Shown one piece after another: positions 14,101 through 27,870 of a DNA stretch of 64,000 nucleotides; within the stretch, counting starts at the first letter, position 1; each line of letters starts with the position of its first letter. The position numbers and the translations under genes were made by a program. The stretch comes from Eledone cirrhosa (Eukaryota), in assembly GCA_964016885.1 (NCBI GenBank), contig OZ024741.1, forward strand, positions 364,374,001-364,438,000, written 5' to 3'. Under the pieces are notes generated by a model, which saw only the letters and a program-made list of their open reading frames with translations, made no database searches and was not told where the DNA came from.

Positions 14101-17100
14101 AGCATCTACTGTCTATTAGTCACTGTAACCTTACCTGAGCAGTGAAAACATGCCTTTGGTCTTTAGCATCTACTGTCTATTAGTCACTGTCACCTTACCT
14201 GAGCAGTGAAAACATGCCTTTGGTCTTTAGCATCTACTGTCTATTAGTCACTGTCACCTTACCTGAGCAGTAAAAACATGCCTTTGGTCTTTAGCATCTA
14301 CTGTCTCCTAGTCACTGTCTCCTTACCTGAGCAGTGAAAACATGCCTTTGGTCTGTAGCATCTACTGTCTACTAGTCACTGTCACCTTACCTGAGCAGTA
14401 AAAACATGCCTTTGGTCTTTAGCATCTACTGTCTCCTAGTCACTGTCTCTTTACCTGAGCAGTGAAAACATGCCTTTGGTCTTTAGCATCTACTGTCTAC
14501 TAGTCACTGTCACCTTACCAGAGCAGTAAAAACATGCCTTTGGTCTTTAGCATCTACTGTCTACTAGTCACTGTCACCTTACCTGAGCAGTAAAAACATG
14601 CCTTTGGTCTTTAGCATCTACTGTCTACTAGTCTCTGTCACCTTACCTGAGCAGTGAAAACATGCCTTTGGTCTTTAGCATCTACTGTCTACTAGTCACT
14701 GTCACCTTACCTGAGCAGTGAAAACATGCCTTTGGTCTTTAGCATCTACTGTCTACTAGTCACTGTCAACTTACCTGAGCAGTAAAAACATGCCTTTGGT
14801 CTTTAGCATCTACTGTCTACTAGTCACTGTCAACTTACCTGAGCAGTAAAAACATGCCTTTGGGCTTTAGCATCTACTGTCTACTAGTCACTGTCAACTT
14901 ACCTGAGCAGTAAAAACATGCCTTTGGTCTTTAGCATCTACTGTCTACTAGTCACTGTCAACTTACCTGAGCAGTAAAAACATGTCTTTGGTCTTTAGCA
15001 TCTACTGTCTACTAGTCACTGTTACCTTACCTGAGCAGTGAAAACATGCCTTTGGTCTTTAGCATCTACTGTCTACTAGTCACTGTCACCTTACCTGAGC
15101 AGTGAAAACATGCCTTTGGTCTTTAGCATCTACTGTCTACTAGTCACTGTCACCTTACCTGAGAAGTGAAAACATGCCTTTGGTCTTTAGCATCTACTGT
15201 CTACTAGTCACTGTCTCCTTACCTGAGCAGTGAAAACATGCCTTTGGTCTTTAGCATCTACTGTCTACTAGTCACTGTCACCTTACCTGAGCAGTGAAAA
15301 CATGCCTTTGGGCTTTAGCATCTACTGTCTACTAGTCACTGTCAACTTACCTGAGCAGTAAAAACATGCCTTTGGTCTTTAGCATCTACTGCCTACTAGT
15401 CACTGTCAACTTACCTGAGCAGTAAAAACATGTCTTTGGTCTTTAGCATCTACTGTCTACTAGTCACTGTTACCTTACCTGAGCAGTGAAAACATGCCTT
15501 TGGTCTTTAGCACCTACTGTCTACTAGTCACTGTCACCTTACCTGAGCAGTGAAAACATGCCTTTGGTCTTTAGCATCTTCTGTCTACTAGTCACTGTCA
15601 CCTTACCTGAGAAGTGAAAACATGCCTTTGGTCTTTAGCATCTACTGTCTACTAGTCACTGTCTCCTTACCTGAGCAGTGAAAACATGCCTTTGGTCTTT
15701 AGCATCTACTGTCTACTAGTCACTGTCACCTTACCTGAGCTGTAAAAACATGCCTTTGGGCTTTAGCATCTACTGTCTACTAGTCACTGTCACCTTACCT
15801 GTGCAGTGAAAACATGCCTTTGGTCTTTAGCATCTACTGTCTACTAGTCACTGTCTCCTTACCTGAGAAGTAAAAACATGCCTTTGGTCTTTAGCATCTA
15901 CTGTCTACTAGTCACTGTCACCTTACCTGTGCAGTGAAAACATGCCTTTGGTCTTTAGCATCTACTGTCTACTAGTCAATGTCACCTTACCCGAGCAGTA
16001 AAAACATGCCTTTGGGCTTTAGCATCTACTGTCTACTAGTCACTGTCACCTTACCTGAGCAGTGAAAACATGCCTTTGGTCTTTAGCATCTACTGTCTAC
16101 TAGTCACTGTCACCTTATCTGAGCAGTGAAAACATGCCTTTGGTCTTTAGCATCTACTGTCTACTAGTCACTGTCACCTTATCTGAGCAGTAAAAACATG
16201 CCTTTGGGCTTTAGCATCTACTGTCTACTAGTCACTGTCACCTTACCTGAGCAGTGAAAACATGCCTTTGGTCTTTAGCATCTACTGTCTACTAGTCACT
16301 GTCACCTTATCTGAGCAGTAAAAACATGCCTTTGGTCTTTAGCATCTACTGTCTACTAGTCACTGTCTCCTTACCTGAGCAGTGAAAACATGACTTTGGT
16401 CTTTAGCATCTACTGTCTACTAGTCACTGTCACCTTATCTGAGCAGTGAAAACATGCCTTTGGTCTTTAGCATCTACTGTCTATTAGTCACTGTCACCTT
16501 ACCTGAGCAGTGAAAACATGCCTTTGGTCTTTAGCATCTACTGTCTACTAGTCACTGTCACCTTATCTGAGCAGTGAAAACATGCCTTTGGTCTTTAGCA
16601 TCTACTGTCTATTAGTCATTGTCACCTTACCTGAGCAGTGAAAACATGCCTTTGGTCTTTAGCATCTACTGTCTACTAGTCACTGTCACCTTATCTGAGC
16701 AGTGAAAACATGCCTTTGGTCTTTAGCATCTACTGTCTACTAGTCACTGTCACCTTACCTGAGCAGTGACAACATGCCTTTGGTCTTTAGCATCTACTGT
16801 CTACTAGTCACTGTCTCCTTACCTGAGCAGTGAAAACATGCCTTTGGTCTTTAGCATCTACTGTCTACTAGTCACTGTCACCTTATCTGAGCAGTGAAAA
16901 CATGCCTTTGGTCTTTAGCATCTACTGTCTATTAGTCACTGTCACCTTACCTGAGCAGTGAAAACATGCCTTTGGTCTTTAGCATCTACTGTCTACTAGT
17001 CACTGTCACCTTATCTGAGCAGTGAAAACATACCTTTGGTCTTTAGCATCTACTGTCTACTAGTCACTGTCACCTTACCTGAGCAGTGAAAACATGCCTT

Positions 17101-20100
17101 TGGTCTTTAGCATCTACTCTCTACTAGTCCCTGTCTCCTTACCTGAGCAGTGAAAACATGCCTTTGGTCTTTAGCATCTACTGTCTACTAGTCACTGTCT
17201 CCTTACCTGAGCAGTGAAAACATGACTTTGGTCTTTAGCATCTACTGTCTACTAGTCACTCTCACCTTACCTGAGCAGTAAAAACATGCCTTTGGTCTTT
17301 AGCATCTACTGTCTACTAGTCACTGTCACCTTATCTGAGCAGTGAAAACATGCCTTTGGTCTTTAGCATCTACTGTCTATTAGTCACTGTCACCTTACCT
17401 GAGAAGTGAAAACATGCCTTTGGTCTTTAGCATCTACTGTCTACTAGTCACTGTCACCTTACCTGAGCAGTGAAAACATGCCTTTGGTCTTTAGCATCTA
17501 CTGTCTACTAGTCACTGTCACCTTACCTGAGCAGTAAAAACATGCCTTTGGTCTTTAGCATCTACTGTCTACTAGTCACTGTCTCCTTACCTGAGCAGTG
17601 AAAACATGCCTTTGGTCTTTAGCATCTACTGTCTACTAGTCACTGTCACCTTACCTGAGCAGTAAAAACATGCCTTTGGGCTTAAGCATCTACTGTCTAC
17701 TAGTCACTGTCACCTTATCTGAGCAGTGAAAACATGCCTTTGGTCTTTAGCATCTACTGTCTACTAGTCACTGTCTCCTTACCTGAGCAGTGAAAACATG
17801 CCTTTGGTGTTTAGCATCTACTGTCTACTCGTCACTGTCACCTTATCTGAGCAGTAAAAACATGCCTTTGGGCTTTAGCATCTACTGTCTACTAGTCACT
17901 GTCACCTTATCTGAGCAGTAAAAACATGCCTTTGGGCTTTAGCATCTACTGTCTACTAGTCACTGTCACCTTATCTGAGCAGTGAAAACATGCCTTTGGT
18001 CTTTAGCATCTACTGTCTACTAGTCACTGTCTCCTTACCTGAGCAGTGAAAACATGACTTTGGTCTTTAGCATCTACTGTCTACTAGTCACTGTCACCTT
18101 ACCTGAGCAGTAAAAACATGCCTTTGGTCTTTAGCATCTACTGTCTACTAGTCACTGTCACCTTATCTGAGCAGTGAAAACATGCCTTTGGTCTTTAGCA
18201 TCTACTGTCTATTAGTCACTGTCACCTTACCTGAGCAGTGAAAACATGCCTTTGGTCTTTAGCATCTACTGTCTACTAGTCACTGTCACCTTACCTGAGT
18301 AGTGAAAACATGCCTTTGGTCTTTAGCATCTACTGTCTACTAGTCACTGTCTCCTTACCTGAGCAGTGAAAACATGCCTTTGGTCTTTAGCATCTACTGT
18401 CTATTAGTCACTGTAACCTTACCTGAGCAGTGAAAACATGCCTTTGGTCTTTAGCATCTACTGTCTATTAGTCACTGTCACCTTACCTGAGCAGTGAAAA
18501 CATGCCTTTGGTCTTTAGCATCTACTGTCTATTAGTCACTGTCACCTTACCTGAGCAGTAAAAACATGCCTTTGGTCTTTAGCATCTACTGTCTCCTAGT
18601 CACTGTCTCCTTACCTGAGCAGTGAAAACATGCCTTTGGTCTGTAGCATCTACTGTCTACTAGTCACTGTCACCTTACCTGAGCAGTAAAAACATGCCTT
18701 TGGTCTTTAGCATCTACTGTCTCCTAGTCACTGTCTCTTTACCTGAGCAGTGAAAACATGCCTTTGGTCTTTAGCATCTACTGTCTACTAGTCACTGTCA
18801 CCTTACCAGAGCAGTAAAAACATGCCTTTGGTCTTTAGCATCTACTGTCTACTAGTCACTGTCACCTTACCTGAGCAGTAAAAACATGCCTTTGGTCTTT
18901 AGCATCTACTGTCTACTAGTCTCTGTCACCTTACCTGAGCAGTGAAAACATGCCTTTGGTCTTTAGCATCTACTGTCTACTAGTCACTCACCTTACCTGA
19001 GCAGTGAAAACATGCCTTTGGTCTTTAGCATCTACTGTCTACTAGTCACTGTCAACTTACCTGAGCAGTAAAAACATGCCTTTGGTCTTTAGCATCTACT
19101 GTCTACTAGTCACTGTCAACTTACCTGAGCAGTAAAAACATGCCTTTGGGCTTTAGCATCTACTGTCTACTAGTCACTGTCAACTTACCTGAGCAGTAAA
19201 AACATGCCTTTGGTCTTTAGCATCTACTGTCTACTAGTCACTGTCAACTTACCTGAGCAGTAAAAACATGTCTTTGGTCTTTAGCATCTACTGTCTACTA
19301 GTCACTGTTACCTTACCTGAGCAGTGAAAACATGCCTTTGGTCTTTAGCATCTACTGTCTACTAGTCACTGTCACCTTACCTGAGCAGTGAAAACATGCC
19401 TTTGGTCTTTAGCATCTACTGTCTACTAGTCACTGTCACCTTACCTGAGAAGTGAAAACATGCCTTTGGTCTTTAGCATCTACTGTCTACTAGTCACTGT
19501 CTCCTTACCTGAGCAGTGAAAACATGCCTTTGGTCTTTAGCATCTACTGTCTACTAGTCACTGTCACCTTACCTGAGCAGTGAAAACATGCCTTTGGACT
19601 TTAGCATCTACTGTCTACTAGTCACTGTCAACTTACCTGAGCAGTAAAAACATGCCTTTGGTCTTTAGCATCTACTGCCTACTAGTCACTGTCAACTTAC
19701 CTGAGCAGTAAAAACATGTCTTTGGTCTTTAGCATCTACTGTCTACTAGTCACTGTTACCTTACCTGAGCAGTGAAAACATGCCTTTGGTCTTTAGCATC
19801 TTCTGTCTACTAGTCACTGTCACCTTACCTGAGAAGTGAAAACATGCCTTTGGTCTTTAGCATCTACTGTCTACTAGTCACTGTCTCCTTACCTGAGCAG
19901 TGAAAACATGCCTTTGGTCTTTAGCATTTACTGTCTACTAGTCACTGTCACCTTACCTGAGCAGTAAAAACATGCCTTTGGGCTTTAGCATCTACTGTCT
20001 ACTAGTCACTGTCACCTTACCTGTGCAGTGAAAACATGCCTTTGGTCTTTAGCATCTACTGTCTACTAGTCACTGTCTCCTTACCTGAGAAGTAAAAACA

Positions 20101-23100
20101 TGCCTTTGGTCTTTAGCATCTTCTGTCTACTAGTCACTGTCACCTTACCTGAGAAGTGAAAACATGCCTTTGGTCTTTAGCATCTACTGTCTACTAGTCA
20201 CTGTCACCTTACCTGTGCAGTGAAAACATGCCTTTGGTCTTTAGCATCTACTGTCTACTAGTCAATGTCACCTTACCCGAGCAGTAAAAACATGCCTTTG
20301 GGCTTTAGCATCTACTGTCTACTAGTCACTGTCACCTTACCTGAGCAGTGAAAACATGCCTTTGGTCTTTAGCATCTACTGTCTACTAGTCACTGTCACC
20401 TTATCTGAGCAGTGAAAACATGCCTTTGGTCTTTAGCATCTACTGTCTACTAGTCACTGTCACCTTATCTGAGCAGTAAAAACATGCCTTTGGGCTTTAG
20501 CATCTACTGTCTACTAGTCACTGTCACCTTACCTGAGCAGTGAAAACATGCCTTTGGTCTTTAGCATCTACTGTCTACTAGTCACTGTCACCTTATCTGA
20601 GCAGTAAAAACATGCCTTTGGTCTTTAGCATCTACTGTCTACTAGTCACTGTCTCCTTACCTGAGCAGTGAAAACATGACTTTGGTCTTTAGCATCTACT
20701 GTCTACTAGTCACTGTCACCTTATCTGAGCAGTGAAAACATGCCTTTGGTCTTTAGCATCTACTGTCTATTAGTCACTGTCACCTTACCTGAGCAGTGAA
20801 AACATGCCTTTGGTCTTTAGCATCTACTGTCTACTAGTCACTGTCACCTTATCTGAGCAGTGAAAACATGCCTTTGGTCTTTAGCATCTACTGTCTATTA
20901 GTCACTGTCACCTTACCTGAGCAGTGAAAACATGCCTTTGGTCTTTAGCATCTACTGTCTACTAGTCACTGTCACCTTATCTAAGCAGTGAAAACATGCC
21001 TTTGGTCTTTAGCATCTACTGTCTACTAGTCACTGTCACCTTACCTGAGCAGTGACAACATGCCTTTGGTCTTTAGCATCTACTGTCTACTAGTCACTGT
21101 CTCCTTACCTGAGCAGTGAAAACATGCCTTTGGTCTTTAGCATCTACTGTCTACTAGTCACTGTCACCTTATCTGAGCAGTGAAAACATGCCTTTGGTCT
21201 TTAGCATCTACTGTCTATTAGTCACTGTCACCTTACCTGAGCAGTGAAAACATGCCTTTGGTCTTTAGCATCTACTGTCTACTAGTCACTGTCACCTTAT
21301 CTGAGCAGTGAAAACATACCTTTGGTCTTTAGCATCTACTGTCTACTAGTCACTGTCACCTTACCTGAGCAGTGAAAACATGCCTTTGGTCTTTAGCATC
21401 TACTGTCTACTAGTCCCTGTCTCCTTACCTGAGCAGTGAAAACATGCCTTTGGTCTTTAGCATCTACTGTCTACTAGTCACTGTCTCCTTACCTGAGCAG
21501 TGAAAACATGACTTTGGTCTTTAGCATCTACTGTCTACTAGTCACTCTCACCTTACCTGAGCAGTAAAAACATGCCTTTGGTCTTTAGCATCTACTGTCT
21601 ACTAGTCACTGTCACCTTATCTGAGCAGTGAAAACATGCCTTTGGTCTTTAGCATCTACTGTCTATTAGTCACTGTCACCTTACCTGAGAAGTGAAAACA
21701 TGCCTTTGGTCTTTAGCATCTACTGTCTACTAGTCACTGTCACCTTACCTGAGCAGTGAAAACATGCCTTTGGTCTTTAGCATCTACTGTCTACTAGTCA
21801 CTGTCACCTTACCTGAGCAGTAAAAACATGCCTTTGGTCTTTAGCATCTACTGTCTACTAGTCACTGTCTCCTTACCTGAGCAGTGAAAACATGCCTTTG
21901 GTCTTTAGCATCTACTGTCTACTAGTCACTGTCACCTTACCTGAGCAGTAAAAACATGCCTTTGGGCTTAAGCATCTACTGTCTACTAGTCACTGTCACC
22001 TTATCTGAGCAGTGAAAACATGCCTTTGGTCTTTAGCATCTACTGTCTACTAGTCACTGTCTCCTTACCTGAGCAGTGAAAACATGCCTTTGGTGTTTAG
22101 CATCTACTGTCTACTCGTCACTGTCACCTTATCTGAGCAGTAAAAACATGCCTTTGGGCTTTAGCATCTACTGTCTACTAGTCACTGTCACCTTATCTGA
22201 GCAGTAAAAACATGCCTTTGGGCTTTAGCATCTACTGTCTACTAGTCACTGTCACCTTATCTGAGCAGTGAAAACATGCCTTTGGTCTTTAGCATCTACT
22301 GTCTACTAGTCACTGTCTCCTTACCTGAGCAGTGAAAACATGCCTTTGGTCTTTAGCATCTACTGTCTACTAGTCACTGTCACCTTATCTGAGCAGTAAA
22401 AACATGCCTTTGGGCTTTAGCATCTACTGTCTACTAGTCACTGTCACCTTATCTGAGCAGTAAAAACATGCCTTTGGGCTTTAGCATCTACTGTCTACTA
22501 GTCACTGTCACCTTATCTGAGCAGTGAAAACATGCCTTTGGTCTTTAGCATCTACTGTCTACTAGTCACTGTCACCTTATCTGAGCAGTAAAAACATGCC
22601 TTTGGGCTTTAGCATCTACTGTCTACTAGTCACTGTCACCTTATCTGAGCAGTAAAAACATGCCTTTGGGCTTTAGCATCTACTGTCTACTAGTCACTGT
22701 CACCTTATCTGAGCAGTGAAAACATGCCTTTGGTCTTTAGCATCTACTGTCTACTAGTCACTGTCACCTTATCTGAGCAGTAAAAACATGCCTTTGGGCT
22801 TTAGCATCTACTGTCTACTAGTCACTGTCACCTTATCTGAGCAGTAAAAACATGCCTTTGGGCTTTAGCATCTACTGTCTACTAGTCAATGTCACCTTAT
22901 CTGAGCAGTGAAAACATGCCTTTGGTCTTTAGCATCTACTGTCTACTAGTCACTGTCACCTTATCTGAGCAGTAAAAACATGCCTTTGGGCTTTAGCATC
23001 TACTGTCTACTAGTTACTGTCACCTTATCTGAGCAGTAAAAACATGCCTTTGGGCTTTAGCATCTACTGTCTACTAGTCACTGTCACCTTATCTGAGCAG

Positions 23101-26100
23101 TGAAAACATGCCTTTGGTCTTTAGCATCTACTGTCTACTAGTCACTGTCACCTTATCTGAGCAGTAAACACATGCCTTTGGGCTTTAGCATCTACTGTCT
23201 ACTAGTCACTGTCACCTTATCTGAGCATTGAAAACATGCCTTTGGTCTTTAGCATCTACTGTCTACTAGTCACTGTCACCTTATCTGAGCAGTAAAAACA
23301 TGCCTTTGGGCTTTAGCATCTACTGTCTACTAGTCACTGTCACCTTATCTGAGCAGTAAAAACATGCCTTTGGGCTTTAGCATCTACTGTCTACTAGTCA
23401 CTGTAACCTTATCTGAGCAGTGAAAACATGCCTTTGGTCTTTAGCATCTACTGTCTACTAGTCACTGTCACCTTATCTGAGCAGTAAAAACATGCCTTTG
23501 GGCTTTAGCATCTACTGTCTACTAGCCACTGTCACCTTATCTGAGCAGTAAAAACATGCCTTTGGGCTTTAGCATCTACTGTCTACTAGTCACTGTCACC
23601 TTATCTGAGCAGTGAAAACATGCCTTTGGTCTTTAGCATCTACTGTCTACTAGTCACTGTCACCTTATCTGAGCTGTAAAAACATGCCTTTGGGCTTTAG
23701 CATCTGCTGTCTACTAGTCACTGTCACCTTATCTGAGCAGTAAAAACATGCCTTTTGGCTTTGGCATCTACTGTCTACTAGTCACTGTCACCTTATCTGA
23801 GCAGTGAAAACATGCCTTTGGTCTTTAGCATCTACTGTCTACTAGTCACTGTCACCTTATCTGAGCAGTAAAAACATGCCTTTCGTCTTTAGCATCTACT
23901 GTCTACTAGTCACTGTCACCTTACCTGAGCAGTGAAAACATGCCTTTGGTCTTTAGCATCTACTGTCTACTAGTCACTGTCACCTTATCTGAGCAGTAAA
24001 AACATGCCTTTGGTCTTTAGCATCTACTGTCTACTAGTCACTGTCACCTTATCTGAGCAATGAAAACATGCCTTTGGTCTTTAGCATCTACTGTCTACTA
24101 GTCACTGTCACCTTACCTGAGCAGTGAAAACATGCCTTTGGTCTTTAGCATCTACTGTCTACTAGTCACTGTCACCTTATCTGAGCACTGAAAACATGCC
24201 TTTGGTCTTTAGCATCTACTGTCTACTAGTCACTGTCTCCTTACCTGAGCAGTGAAAACATGCCTTTGGTCTTTAGCATCTACTGTCTACTAGTCACTGT
24301 CTCCTTACCTGAGCAGTGAAAACATGCCTTTGGTCTTTAGCATCTACTGTCTACTAGTCACTGTCACCTTATCTGAGCAGTAAAAACATGACTTTGGTCT
24401 TTAGCATCTACTGTCTACTAGTCACTCTCACCTTACCTGAGTAGTAAAAACATGCCTTTGGTCTTTAGCATCTACTGTCTACTAGTCACTGTCACCTTAT
24501 CTGAGTAGTGAAAACATGCCTTTGGTCTTTAGCATCTACTGTCTATTAGTCACTGTCACCTTACCTGAGCAGTGAAAACATGCCTTTGGTCTTTAGCATC
24601 TACTGTCTATTAGTCACTGTCACCTTACCTGAGCAGTGAAAACATGCCTTTGGTCTTTAGCATCTACTGTCTACTAGTTACTGTCACCTTACCTGAGCAG
24701 TAAAAACATGCCTTTGGTCTTTAGCATCTACTGTCTCCTAGTCACTGTCTCCTTACCTGAGCAGTGAAAACATGCCTTTGGTCTTTAGCATCTACTGTCT
24801 ACTAGTCACTGTTACCTTACCTGAGCAGTGAAAACATGCCTTTGGTCTTTAGCATCTACTGTCTACTAGTCACTGTCACCTTACCTGAGCAGTGAAAACA
24901 TGCCTTTGGTCTTTAGCATCTACTGTCTACTAGTCACTGTCTCCTTACCTGAGCAGTGAAAACATGCCTTTGGTCTTTAGCATCTACTGTCTACTAGTCA
25001 CTGTCACCTTACCTGAGCAGTAAAAACATGCCTTTGGGCTTTAGCATCTACTGTCTACTAGTCACTGTCACCTTACCTGTGCAGTGAAAACATGCCTTTG
25101 GTCTTTAGCATCTACTATCTACTAGTCACTGTCTCCTTACCTGAGCAGTAAAAACATGCCTTTGGGCTTTAGCATCTACTGTCTACTAGTCACTGTCACC
25201 TTACCTGAGCAGTGAAAACATGCCTTTGGTCTTTAGCATCTACTGTCTACTAGTCACTGTCACCTTACCTGAGCAGTAAAAACATGCCTTTGGGCTTTAG
25301 CATCTATTGTCTACTAGTCACTGTCACCTTATCTGAGCAGTGAAAACATGCCTTTGGTCTTTAGCATCTACTGTCTACTAGTCACTGTCACCTTATCTGA
25401 GCAGTGAAAACATGCCTTTGGTCTTTAGCATCTACTGTCTACTAGTCACTGTCACCTTATCTGAGCAGTAAAAACATGCCTTTGGGCTTTAGCATCTACT
25501 GTCTACTAGTCACTGTTACCTTACCTGAGCAGTGAAAACATGCCTTTGGTCTTTAGCATCTACTGTCTACTAGTCACTGTCACCTTATCTGAGCAGTAAA
25601 AACATGCCTTTGGTCTTTAGCATCTACTGTCTACTAGTCACTGTCACCTTATCTGAGCAGAGAAAACATGCCTTTGGTCTTTAGCATCTACTGTCTACTA
25701 GTCACTGTCACCTTATCTGAGCAGTGAAAACATGCCTTTGGTCTTTAGCATCTACTGTCTACTAGTCACTGTCTCCTTACCTGAGCAGTGAAAACATGCC
25801 TTTGGTCTTTAGCATCTACTGTCTACTAGTCACTGTCTCCTTACCTGAGCAGTGAAAACATGCCTTTGGTCTTTAGCATCTACTGTCTATTAGTCACTGT
25901 CACCTTACCTGAGCAGTGAAAACATGCCTTTGGTCTTTAGCATCTACTGTCTACTAGTCACTGTCACCTTATCTGAGCAGTAAAAACATGCCTTTGGTCT
26001 TTAGCATCTACTGTCTACTAGTCACTGTCACCTTACCTGAGCAGTAAAAACATGCCTTTGGTCTTTAGCATCTACTGTCTACTAGTCACTGTCACCTTAT

Positions 26101-27524
26101 CTGAGCAGTGAAAACATGCCTTTGGTCTTTAGCATCTACTGTCTATTAGTCACTGTCACCTTACCTGAGCAGTGAAAACATGCCTTTGGTCTTTAGCATC
26201 TACTGTCTACTAGTCACTGTCACCTTACCTGAGCAGTAAAAACATGCCTTTGGTCTTTAGCATCTACTGTCTACTAGTCACTGTCACCTTATCTGAGCAG
26301 TGAAAACATGCCTTTGGTCTTTAGCATCTACTGTCTATTAGTCACTGTCACCTTACCTGAGCAGTGAAAACATGCCTTTGGTCTTTAGCATCTACTGTCT
26401 ACTAGTCACTGTCACCTTATCTGAGCAGTAAAAACATGCCTTTGGTCTTTAGCATCTACTGTCTACTAGTTACTGTCACCTTACCTGAGCAGTAAAAACA
26501 TGCCTTTGGTCTTTAGCATCTACTGTCTACTAGTCACTGTCACCTTATCTGAGCAGTGAAAACATGCCTTTGGTCTTTAGCATCTACTGTCTATTAGTCA
26601 CTGTCACCTTACCTGAGCAGTGAAAACATGCCTTTGGTCTTTAGCATCTACTGTCTATTAGTCACTGTCACCTTACCTGAGCAGTGAAAACATGCCTTTG
26701 GTCTTTAGCATCTACTGTCTACTAGTCACTGTCACCTTACCTGAGAAGTGAAAACATGCCTTTGGTCTTTAGCATCTACTGTCTACTAGTCACTGTCAAC
26801 TTACCTGAGCAGTGAAAACATGCCTTTGGTTTTTAGCATCTACTGTCTACTAGTCACTGTCACCTTATCTGAGCAGTGAAAACATGCCTTTGGTCTTTAG
26901 CATCTACTGTCTACTAGTCACTGTCACCTTACCTGATCAGTGAAAACATGCCTTTGGTTTTTAGCATCTACTGTCTACCAGTCACTGTCACCTTATCTGA
27001 GCAGTGAAAACATGCCTTTGGTCTTTAGCATCTACTGTCTACTAGTCACTGTCACCTTACCTGAGCAGTGAAAACATGCCTTTGGTCTTTAGCATCTACT
27101 GTCTATTAGTCACTGTCACCTTACCTGAGCAGTGAAAACATGCCTTTGGGCTTTAGCATCTACTGTCTACTAGTCACTGTCACCTTACCTGAGCAGTAAA
27201 AACATGCCTTTGGTCTTTAGCATCTACTGTCTACTAGTCACTGTCACCTTACCTGAGCAGTAAAAACATGCCTTTGGTCTTTAGCATCTACTGTCTACTA
27301 GTCACTGTCACCTTACCTGAGCAGTAAAAACATGCCTTTGGTCTTTAGCATTTACTGTCTACTAGTCACTGTCACCTTACCTGAGCAGTGAAAACATGCC
27401 TTTGGTCTTTAGCATTTACTGTCTACTAGTCACTGTCACCTTACCTGAGCAGTAAAAACATGCCTTTGGTCTTTAGCATTTACTGTATACTAGTCACTGT
27501 CACCTTACCTGAGCAGTGAAAACA
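8177..27524. repeat. 64-bp tandem satellite array, ~302 copies, very homogeneous
   Basis: Unit ccttacctgagcagtgaaaacatgcctttggtctttagcatctactgtctactagtcactgtca; starts at 8177, 8241, 8305 and so on; no unique spacers. Confidence 0.98.
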
Positions 27525-27870
27525 CCTCTGGCCCTCAGCAATCACCAGTCTGTTATTCAGTGTCACCTTAGCTGAGCAGTGAAAACACTTCTTTGGCCCT
27601 CAGCAGTCTGATATTCTGTATTGCCTTAGCTGAGTGATGAAAACAGACCTCTGGATCTCAGCAATCTGCAGTCTGTTTTTCAGTGTCACCTTAGCTAAGC
27701 AGTAAAAACACACCTCTAGCTCTCAACAGTCTGTTATTCAGTGTCATCTTAGCTGAGCAGTGAAAACACACTTCTGGCTCTCAGTAGTCTGTTATTCAGT
27801 GTCACCTTAGCTGTGCAGTGAAAACACGCCAACGGCCCTCATCAGTCAGTCAGTAGCCTGTTAGTCAGTG
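27525..27870. repeat. Five to six diverged monomers of the 64-bp satellite at its right edge
   Basis: Recurrent gtcaccttagctgagcagtgaaaacac with variable remainder and length. Confidence 0.85.

Noticed and set aside
8177-27524. CRISPR array
   Set aside because: Pure head-to-tail monomers, no unique spacers, no cas genes, eukaryotic context.
8177-27524. Hammerhead ribozyme in each 64-bp unit (CTGAGCAGTGAAA)
   Set aside because: CUGAGCA lacks G8, there is no helix II between the motifs, and GAAA is often TAAA.
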